Assembly (NCBI GenBank): GCA_002344125.1
Contig: DDTQ01000011.1
Span: 1,052,463-1,116,462 of the forward strand
Direction of reading: 5' to 3'
DNA length: 64,000 nucleotides
Source of the DNA: Ignavibacteria bacterium UBA2360
Lineage (GTDB): Bacteria > Bacteroidota > Ignavibacteria > Tepidaquicellales > OLB5
Shown here: positions 19,547-28,175 of the stretch, piece by piece
Layout of the letters: each line of letters starts with the position of its first letter
How positions within the stretch are numbered: the stretch's first letter is position 1
Notes under the pieces: generated by a model
Database searches by the model: none
Told to the model about the DNA's origin: nothing
Seen by the model: only the letters and a program-made list of their open reading frames with translations
Position numbers and translations under genes: made by a program

Positions 19547-19609
19547 GTGAAACGTGAAATGTGAAACGTCAAACGTCAAACGTCAAACGTCAAACATCAA
19601 ACGTCAAAC
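19547..19609. repeat. 9 x 7-bp tandem array GT(G/C)AAAC starting 2 nt after a stop codon
   Basis: GTGAAAC GTGAAAT GTGAAAC, then GTCAAAC x4, then ATCAAAC GTCAAAC. Confidence 0.95.
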
Positions 19610-19670
19610 CTTCTGTCGCTGCTCTCAATAAGGCAGGTGTGAAACTTAAATTGAAATAGTGAATATTTAT

Positions 19671-19705
19671 AAATCCGAAATCGTAAATCTAAAATCCGAA
19701 ATCAA
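19671..19705. repeat. 5 x 7-bp tandem array AAATCCG-like ending exactly at a start codon
   Basis: AAATCCG AAATCGT AAATCTA AAATCCG AAATCAA followed directly by the ATG at 19706. Confidence 0.9.
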
Positions 19706-20347
19706 ATGAAGGGTGTACCATTAACCGAAGAGCTGTATAAATATATCACTGATACATTTATACATGAAGATGAATTATTAAAACAAATTGTAATTGATAC
19801 CGAAGCGAAAAATATTCCGCTCATACAGGTATCCCCTGAAACAGGCAAACTGCTGGGTATGTTCATAAAAATGATCGGGGCAAAACATGTGCTTGAAATA
19901 GGCACGCTAACCGGCTACAGCACTATATGGATGGCAAGAGCTTTGCCCGATGAAGGCAGCGTTACAACTCTGGAGCTCACAAGAGCTCACGCTGATGAGG
20001 CATTAAACAATTACAAAAAAGCGGGTCTTGATGGTAAGATTGAACTGATCTTGGGAAAAGCGCTGGATTCACTTGATACACTTTCCGGCAGATCATTTGA
20101 TCTCGTTTTTATAGATGCAGATAAAGAGAACTGCGTTAACTATTTCAATAAGGTTATCAATATGGTCAGGCCCGGCGGGCTTATCATTACCGATAACACG
20201 CTTCGCAGGGGTGAAGTGATTGACCCGAACCCCGGACCCGGTGCGCAGGGCATTATTGCTTACAACAAACTTGCAGCAAATGATAGCAGAGTGGAATCAT
20301 TGTTGGTGCCTATTGATGACGGTATAACTTTAAGTTTTGTGAAATGA
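19706..20347 (+). CDS. Class I SAM-dependent O-methyltransferase (caffeoyl-CoA OMT-like)
   Basis: VLEIGTLTGYS SAM motif and FDLVFIDADKENC metal/substrate motif; 213 aa. Confidence 0.85.
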   Translation: MKGVPLTEELYKYITDTFIHEDELLKQIVIDTEAKNIPLIQVSPETGKLLGMFIKMIGAKHVLEIGTLTGYSTIWMARALPDEGSVTTLELTRAHADEALNNYKKAGLDGKIELILGKALDSLDTLSGRSFDLVFIDADKENCVNYFNKVINMVRPGGLIITDNTLRRGEVIDPNPGPGAQGIIAYNKLAANDSRVESLLVPIDDGITLSFVK

Positions 20348-21507
20348 AAAAATTCGCTGAATTATTAGTTGTATTCTTTGCTGTTACAGGTATACTGCAT
20401 TCACAATCAGGTGAATTGAACGTTATTAAAGAATCCGGCAACGGTATTTATTTTATGTATTATGATTCATCCAATTCCAAAAGCACTGTTGTGGAATTTG
20501 AAGACTTCCTCGCTCTCATCGAAGCTCCGGTAAAGGATCAGGGCGGCAATGCGCGTGAATTGAAGGATCACGAGTATGGCGGTGAAAAAATCCTGAGATC
20601 GCTGGCTGCTTATTTTAACAATAAGCCGCTCAAATATTTTCTCTACAGTCATTGGCATCCGCACAGTGTTTCAACTGTGAATCCGTTTTTACGATCGGGT
20701 GTTAAGATAGTTTCAACTCAAAAGAATTACGATGTAATAAAGAAATTCATTGATACAGTTTCAATAATTTCACATCTTGATAATTTTATCTTTGTAACTG
20801 ATTCACTTTTGATTAGCGATAGAAAAAACTCGATCACTGCGCACCGTTTTACAAAACAGGATTTCCCCAACGTTCCCACCGATGATTACCTGTTCTTCTA
20901 CATGCCAAAACAGAATGTTTTACACTGCGCCTGCATGTATAATAAGTGGGAAGGTGAACCTGTTGACGGCAAAGAAATGCTAACCGACAGGGAAGAAGAC
21001 CTGCATAGGTTTTTAATGACCAGGGGAATATCTCCGGATTACCTTATCCGCTTATCTAAGGAAAAGAAAGAACCCAACGATATGCAGCCGATGCATGGCT
21101 TGCATGATGTAATACACAACGGCATCAAAGGTTCAGATATCATGAAGAACTTTATGGAAACAGACCAAAAATACCTGGATGAAGAGCAGGATAAAATGCT
21201 TCAGGATATTATCAAAAAGAATATTCCATCATCATTAGTAAACTCTACAGTTTACAGCCTGCTTCGCAAAAAGGAACTCCAAAAAGCGCTTTCGTTTGCA
21301 AGGCTGCAAACATTGCTGAATCCCGCTGATCCCAATTCCTGGGATACCTTTGGTGAGGTGTATTACTTTCTTGGCGAGACCCAACTTGCCGAATACTACG
21401 AAAAGCAATCTAAGTTGATCAACCCCGAATATACAAACGGCGGAATGGAAGTCTGGAAGAAAGATCTTGAAGACCACCAGAAGATCTGGAAAGAATTTTC
21501 GAACTAG
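20344..21507 (+). CDS. Secreted hypothetical protein, possibly a degenerate metallo-beta-lactamase fold plus a TPR-like tail
   Basis: Signal peptide, ...FLALIEAP... then SHWHPHS (an HxHxDH-like motif without the Asp), and a helical C-terminus. Overlaps the OMT stop by 4 nt (ATGA). Confidence 0.45.
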   Translation: MKKFAELLVVFFAVTGILHSQSGELNVIKESGNGIYFMYYDSSNSKSTVVEFEDFLALIEAPVKDQGGNARELKDHEYGGEKILRSLAAYFNNKPLKYFLYSHWHPHSVSTVNPFLRSGVKIVSTQKNYDVIKKFIDTVSIISHLDNFIFVTDSLLISDRKNSITAHRFTKQDFPNVPTDDYLFFYMPKQNVLHCACMYNKWEGEPVDGKEMLTDREEDLHRFLMTRGISPDYLIRLSKEKKEPNDMQPMHGLHDVIHNGIKGSDIMKNFMETDQKYLDEEQDKMLQDIIKKNIPSSLVNSTVYSLLRKKELQKALSFARLQTLLNPADPNSWDTFGEVYYFLGETQLAEYYEKQSKLINPEYTNGGMEVWKKDLEDHQKIWKEFSN

Positions 21508-21588
21508 AATTTATTTCGAAGTGCGATAAACCCTACCGTAAACACGTTAGACATTTTTTAATGAGTTGTTCTGGCATTAATTATTTGT

Positions 21589-21596
21589 TATATTTG
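21589..21596 (+). promoter_or_regulatory. Possible Bacteroidetes-type -7 box (TAnnTTTG)
   Basis: TATATTTG lies 20 nt upstream of the eno ATG. Confidence 0.3.
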
Positions 21597-21603
21597 TGTT
21601 TAA

Positions 21604-22902
<1,299 letters not shown>

Positions 22903-22929
22903 TAAATTACGTATATATAGAAAGCATAA

Positions 22930-23964
22930 ATGAAATCAACTGATTTTAAATTTTCCATTCCTAAAACCTTAGTCGCGCAGCATCCGAAACTGCCCAGGGA
23001 TGAGGCGAAGATGATGGTAATTAACCGCAAAACCAAAGAACTAGAAAATAAGAAGTTTAAAGATATCATTGATTACATGGATGAAGGCGACTGCCTTGTA
23101 CTGAACGATTCTAAAGTTTTTGCAGCAAAACTTTTTGGGACCAAAGAAAAAACCAATGCCAAGATCGAAGTATTCCTTTTGAGGCAGCTTAGCCAGGAAG
23201 AAAATATCTGGGATGTGCTGGTTGACCCTGCAAGAAAAGTAAGAATTGGAAACCGCATTTTTATCACAAAGAATCTATATTGCGAAGTTATTGATAACAC
23301 TACTTCACGCGGCAGGATAGTAAGATTTAACTACCGCGGCGACTTCCAGAAATATATCGATAAGCTTGGCAAAACACCTCTGCCGGAATATGTTAAACGC
23401 GAACCAACTGATTCTGACCGCGAAAACTACCAGTCGGTTTTCGCCGAAAATATCGGATCGGTTGCTGCATCTACTGCAGGTCTGCATTTTTCAAAAGAAC
23501 TTCTCAGGAAAATAGAAAAAAAGGGCATCAACCTGCTTCCCGTGACTTTGCATGTAGGACTCGGAAAATTCCGTCATGTTGAAGTGGAAGATCTTACCAA
23601 ACACAGAATGGACTCGGAATATTTTGAAATACCTGACTATACCGCCGAAGAAGTGAACCGCGCAATTGAAGGTAAGAAAAAGATCATCGCATGCGGAACA
23701 TCTGTTGCAAGGGTGCTTGAAGCAAATACTACTGCAGGCAGATTTATCCGTTCAGGCAAAGGCTGGACCGATAAATTCATTTATCCGCCGCAGACACTTA
23801 AAGTAGTCGATAAATTTGTAACCAACTTCCATAACCCCCAGTCAACAATGGTTATGATGGTTTGCGCGTTTTCAGATAAAGATATTGTTATGAAAGCCTA
23901 CAAAAAAGCGGTAAAAGATAAATACCGTTTTTACAGCTACGGTGATTCTATGTTCTATATCTAA
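22930..23964 (+). CDS. queA: S-adenosylmethionine:tRNA ribosyltransferase-isomerase
   Basis: QueA signatures (…D.LVLNDSKV…, …LHVG.GKF…, …NFH.P.ST…); 344 aa. Confidence 0.95.
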   Translation: MKSTDFKFSIPKTLVAQHPKLPRDEAKMMVINRKTKELENKKFKDIIDYMDEGDCLVLNDSKVFAAKLFGTKEKTNAKIEVFLLRQLSQEENIWDVLVDPARKVRIGNRIFITKNLYCEVIDNTTSRGRIVRFNYRGDFQKYIDKLGKTPLPEYVKREPTDSDRENYQSVFAENIGSVAASTAGLHFSKELLRKIEKKGINLLPVTLHVGLGKFRHVEVEDLTKHRMDSEYFEIPDYTAEEVNRAIEGKKKIIACGTSVARVLEANTTAGRFIRSGKGWTDKFIYPPQTLKVVDKFVTNFHNPQSTMVMMVCAFSDKDIVMKAYKKAVKDKYRFYSYGDSMFYI

Positions 23965-24007
23965 ACGAAAATTTTCAGAAAATTATATTACACTATCATA
24001 AATATTA

Positions 24008-24036
24008 CCCCGGTAAATTTTCCCCGGGGTTTTTTA
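24008..24036 (+). terminator. Rho-independent terminator after queA
   Basis: CCCCGG-N10-CCGGGG followed by TTTTTT, ending 10 nt before the ispD ATG. Confidence 0.7.
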
Positions 24037-24046
24037 TTTTTCTGCT

Positions 24047-24739
24047 ATGAATCCGGAGATACATGTCATAATTACTGCCGCTGGAAGAGGTGAGAGATTC
24101 CGTAAAAGGAATAACAACCCAAAGCCCAAGCAATACCAATTGCTTAGCGGTAAACCCGTTATACTATATTCACTGCAGAATTTCCAGAAAATGAGCAATG
24201 TGAAAAGTATTACTGTTTCAGCTGAAGCAGAGTACTTTAATTATCTGCATTCACTTGCGGTCAAAAACAGGATCACCAAGTTAACCGGTCTTGTTGAAGG
24301 AGGTAAAAGCAGGTTTGAATCTGTGCAGAATGCATTCAACCAGCTGAATTGTTCCGTGGATGATATTGTTATTATACATGATGCAGCACGTCCTAACATT
24401 TCTAAAAGTGAGCTAAAGGAATTTCTTGATGCGGCAATTAAAAATGGCGAAGTAATACTTGGCTGCAAAGTATCCGAAACGGTTAAGAAATGTTCAGGCA
24501 ATTATGTACAGCAAACTATCCCCCGTGATGACCTCTGGCTCATACAAACCCCTCAGGCTTTCAGGTATGATGTGTTGAGCAGGTCTTACATAATTGCCGG
24601 TAAACGAACTGATTTTACCGACGAATCTTCTCTTGTTGAAAATGCCGGATACAAAGTAAAAATAGTTGAAGGCAGCAGAAATAATATCAAGATAACTTCA
24701 CCCGGAGATTTGACCCTGCTTAAAAAAATAATGAAATAG
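24047..24739 (+). CDS. ispD: 2-C-methyl-D-erythritol 4-phosphate cytidylyltransferase
   Basis: N-terminal VIITAAGRGERF glycine/arginine loop, ...VIIHDAARP... and ...QTPQAF...; 230 aa. Confidence 0.9.
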   Translation: MNPEIHVIITAAGRGERFRKRNNNPKPKQYQLLSGKPVILYSLQNFQKMSNVKSITVSAEAEYFNYLHSLAVKNRITKLTGLVEGGKSRFESVQNAFNQLNCSVDDIVIIHDAARPNISKSELKEFLDAAIKNGEVILGCKVSETVKKCSGNYVQQTIPRDDLWLIQTPQAFRYDVLSRSYIIAGKRTDFTDESSLVENAGYKVKIVEGSRNNIKITSPGDLTLLKKIMK

Positions 24740-24993
24740 CTTTAGCAATTGATTTAGTTAATGATGCAGCATTAGTCCCCCCAGAGTCTTCCAGTAATAC
24801 TTATAAATGTAGTCGAGCTCTTTTAGAGCTCGCTTCGGTTCGGACACTCTTTTATTATGTAGTGACCTCCCTCCAGCTACCACATGTCTTCGCCGGTCCT
24901 TCGGCCTCATAGGGGGAGGGCAGTTTTACGCAGAGACCTACTCCGGTACTTATAAAAGTAGTCGAGTCCTTTTAGGGCTCGTTCTTTAGTATT

Positions 24994-25337
24994 CGCAGAG
25001 TCCTCCTTCGGAGAGATTCTGCTAACATTCGAAGCCCTGAAGGGGCGAGATATTTCAGCGATGGGCGAAGCCCATCGTGATGAAAACACATCTAATCATA
25101 GCCCTGAAAGGGCGTAATAGAAATGCTGCCAGGTTTCAAAGTCCTGGCCGCTTTATGCCTGGGTTACCCATAAAAGAGACGACCCACCGGGTCGTCTCTA
25201 CGAAAACGGATCTATATATCCTTCCGCTTTGCAGGGGTGAGTACATTTTTGCAAAGTCCTCTCCTGTGAGACTACGCGGATACTCAATTATATCCACAAA
25301 AAAAAGAGGCTCCATATTGAGAGCCTCTTTTTTTAAA
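24994..25337. repeat. Hairpin-rich non-coding repeat, copy A (partner at 27884-28152)
   Basis: Roughly 93% identical to copy B by hand alignment, apart from a ~67-nt extra module at 25042-25108. Confidence 0.9.
25298..25335. terminator. Bidirectional rho-independent terminator
   Basis: AAAAGAGGCTC-catattga-GAGCCTCTTTT flanked by an A-run and a T-run, 63 nt after the stop of the minus-strand S8 gene. Confidence 0.8.
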
Positions 25338-25397
25338 AGTATATCTGCTGCCGTTATTTTACCAGTCTGTCAAATCCAGATTTCAAAAGTGATTTCA

Positions 25398-27557
25398 TCA
25401 CTTTATCAACATCATTTTCTTCACGGCCGTAAACTCACCTGCTTCGATCCTGTAAAAATAGATCCCGCTGGCAAGATGTGAGGCGTTAAAATCAACTGTA
25501 TAAATGCCCTGCTGTTTAACTCCATCAACTAAAACGGCGACTTCCCGGCCGGATACATCAAATACCTTCAGTGTAACTGCACCTGCTTCAGGGACTGAGT
25601 ACTTAATGCTTGTGCCTGGATTGAACGGGTTAGGATAATTCTGTTCCAGTATGAAACTGAAAGGCATGTTATTATTATTATTGATACCCACTGTGGCATT
25701 GTAAGAAATATTTATAGCATAATTCATTACACGCCCGGTATCGCTGCCTGCATTATCATTAACCCTGAAAGTCCAGTTGCCAAACGGGCTCTGCCCGTTA
25801 AATGCGCTCAGCGGGCTTTCGGGTCTGAATGAACCAGTAAACGGCGCCGTACCTGAAGAAATTGGGTTAGCAGCGGAGTCGTTAAAAACAGTATTTATGT
25901 AGTTATCACCGGTGCCGCCTCTTCTGCTTGAAAGAATTACTTCGGTGCCTGCCGGTGATTTGATCGAAAACTCAAGGTCACCTGTTTTTGAGTGCGTTAA
26001 TGAATTCATTGAAAAATTAACATCAGTTATTGTACCTCCAAAATATACATTTACAGTATCGTAATTTGTGGCATTATCCAGAATAATTATATTCTGCTGG
26101 CGGATTATATTACTTTTCATATACTGATATGCAGCCCACACATCTATTACGCCCATGCCATATGCATTATCTTCCCCCGGCACACCATGGTCAAGCGCTG
26201 TCCAGTAAAGCGCTTCCAGGCACTGTTTGCCGGTAGCATTGGGGAAAGCCTGTCTTAACAGAGTTACCGCGCCCACTACATGCGGGCAAGCCATTGATGT
26301 TCCGGTTAAATTCGCGTAAGCTCCGTTTCTGATGCTAGATCTTACACTTGTACCCGGTGCTGATACTTCAGGTTTAAATCTGAACTTACCTGTATTTCCG
26401 CAATAACCGGGTCCGCGTGATGAAGTGTTATTAATTACCCACGGAAAACTGGTATTACCGTTTACATTTCCAACGCTGAAAGAATTAATCAATGTTTCAT
26501 TGATATTCTTCGGTCTTGTTATTGTAGATGCGCCCGGACCTGAGTTTCCGCATGAAAATACGATCGCGATTCCCGCCGCTTCCATTGATGCAAGCGCATT
26601 CAGATAAATTGTGCTGGTGCAGTCACCATTGGTGGGCACACCCGTCGGGTCATGCCATGAATTACCTATGCCGTCCGGCATATCTGTAATCGTGTTCACA
26701 TTGCTGTCAGGATTCATAGCCCATTGCCATGCTGTCATATGGTTGCTTGTTCCGTTGCCGGCGCAGATAGTTTTTGCAGCTATCCACTCCGCAGCCGGAG
26801 CAACACCAATTGTGTCACTTCCCGCTCTGCCTGTCATAATACCCATTGTGTGTGTACCGTGGTTATCGCAGTCACTGGGGAACTGTGACCCCGCAGCCGG
26901 GTCTATCCATGCATGGTACCATGGTGAGGATGTTGCCCCTCTCCATTTATAGTTTAACGCAGGGTGGTTTCCGTCAACACCGGTATCGTCATTCATAACC
27001 AGCCTGCCGGCTCCTGTGATGCCTATTTCCCACATTTTATGCGCATTGATAACTTTCAGCCCGGATTCTGAACTCGCGTCTTTTTCACCTGCAGGTTCAA
27101 ACGCTACAGGTCTGTCGTAATCAAGCTCCGCGTCAATATCCATTTCTGCGACATCCATTCTGCCGGCAATGGAATAAACTAAATCGGGCTTAACTTCTGC
27201 CCAGATGAAATTTGTCACCCAGAAAGGTTTGTAACTCAAAACACTTCCTGAAACAGAACTTTCCGCAAGGTAACCAAGTAACGGACCCTGAGTTGAGGCG
27301 GCTTTATCCATTAATGAAGTAATGACAGTCTTTGCTCTGTATTCAGCCGAAGCGTTGATCTCATACAGGTGTTTATCAAGTGCTGCAATATCTACCTGGT
27401 CTTTCATAACTATCATAACTTTGATGTAATCGTTCTTTCCGGTAAGTTTTAACCTGTTGTAAAGCCTTTCGGAAAGCCCGGCCTGCATAAACTGCGCATT
27501 TGCAGTGGCTGCGATCAACAAAAACAGCAAAAATGTGAAAATTCTGTAATTTTTCAT
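25398..27557 (-). CDS. Secreted S8 subtilase with a proprotein-convertase P-domain and a T9SS C-terminal sorting domain
   Basis: Catalytic triad contexts DDTGVDGNHPAL / HGTHTMG / GTSMACPHV. P-domain ...GDLEFSIKSPAGTEV...FGNWTFRVND...D.G. C-terminus NYPNPFNP...KKMMLIK. Signal peptide present. Confidence 0.9.
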   Translation of the reverse strand: MKNYRIFTFLLFLLIAATANAQFMQAGLSERLYNRLKLTGKNDYIKVMIVMKDQVDIAALDKHLYEINASAEYRAKTVITSLMDKAASTQGPLLGYLAESSVSGSVLSYKPFWVTNFIWAEVKPDLVYSIAGRMDVAEMDIDAELDYDRPVAFEPAGEKDASSESGLKVINAHKMWEIGITGAGRLVMNDDTGVDGNHPALNYKWRGATSSPWYHAWIDPAAGSQFPSDCDNHGTHTMGIMTGRAGSDTIGVAPAAEWIAAKTICAGNGTSNHMTAWQWAMNPDSNVNTITDMPDGIGNSWHDPTGVPTNGDCTSTIYLNALASMEAAGIAIVFSCGNSGPGASTITRPKNINETLINSFSVGNVNGNTSFPWVINNTSSRGPGYCGNTGKFRFKPEVSAPGTSVRSSIRNGAYANLTGTSMACPHVVGAVTLLRQAFPNATGKQCLEALYWTALDHGVPGEDNAYGMGVIDVWAAYQYMKSNIIRQQNIIILDNATNYDTVNVYFGGTITDVNFSMNSLTHSKTGDLEFSIKSPAGTEVILSSRRGGTGDNYINTVFNDSAANPISSGTAPFTGSFRPESPLSAFNGQSPFGNWTFRVNDNAGSDTGRVMNYAINISYNATVGINNNNNMPFSFILEQNYPNPFNPGTSIKYSVPEAGAVTLKVFDVSGREVAVLVDGVKQQGIYTVDFNASHLASGIYFYRIEAGEFTAVKKMMLIK

Positions 27558-27790
27558 AGATTTAAATTGATTACTTTAAATGGGAATTATATAAGTTATA
27601 GATTGAATTTTGAATTTGCAATTCAAAAAACTAATTGCCATTCTCTTACACATCAACCATCTCTGCCTTAGGAGAACTGAATCGGCAGTAAGGTGGGTTG
27701 GAGGTGGGGTTGATTTGTGAAACTTTCACACCGCACACTTTATTAAAAAACCTGAAAAAAAAGTTGAGATAAAATTTTAACTACTTGAAT

Positions 27791-27893
27791 TCTGACAACT
27801 CTTTTTATGACCTCCCCTAAATCCCCTCCAAAGGAGGGGACTTAAAGATAGAAATATATCTGCGTTAAATGTAAATTTGTACCCGCAGAGTCC
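27791..27893. repeat. ~100-bp hairpin module (partner at 32334-32435)
   Basis: Shared ...GACCTCCCCTAAATCCCCTCCAAAGGAGGGGACTTAAA...AAATTTGTA.CCGCA.AGTCC. Confidence 0.85.
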
Positions 27894-28152
27894 TCCTCCG
27901 GAGAGATTCTGCTAACATTCGAAGCCCTGAAAGGGCGTAATAGAAATGCTGCCAGGTTTCAAAGTCCTGGCCGGTTTATGCCTGGGCTACCCATTAAAAA
28001 GACGACCCACCGGATCGTCTCTACAAAAGCGGATCTATATATCCTTCCGCTTTGCAGGGGTGAGTACATTTTAGCAAAGTCCTCTCCTGTGAGACTCCGC
28101 GAATACCCAATTTTCCCACAAAAAAAAGAGGCTCCTTTTCAGGAGCCTCTCT
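27884..28152. repeat. Hairpin-rich non-coding repeat, copy B
   Basis: See copy A. It lies immediately 3' of the stop codon of the 840-aa minus-strand gene. Confidence 0.9.
28119..28150 (-). terminator. Rho-independent terminator for the BNR/P-domain gene
   Basis: AGAGGCTCC-loop-GGAGCCTCT with a T8 run on the minus strand only. Confidence 0.75.
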
Positions 28153-28175
28153 TGTGAATCGAATATTTACTGCTG

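Noticed and set aside
24994-25337. The conserved 270-bp flank as a plus-strand sRNA gene ending at the shared terminator
   Set aside because: In copy A the terminator has a T-run on both strands. In copy B (28119-28150) the plus-strand T-run is lost (CTCTTGTG) while the minus-strand T8 is kept. The terminator therefore serves the minus-strand protein genes, and a plus-strand sRNA is unsupported, though RNA-seq would be needed to exclude it.
25077-25481. ORFs predicted across the hairpin-mosaic intergenic regions (25077-25481 +, 24907-25089 -, 32192-32494 -, 36144-36419 +, 35684-35881 +)
   Set aside because: They are read through palindromic repeat modules and terminators or run into neighbouring genes, and no RBS or domain is visible. 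The conservation between copies is at the nucleotide level, including frame-breaking indels.
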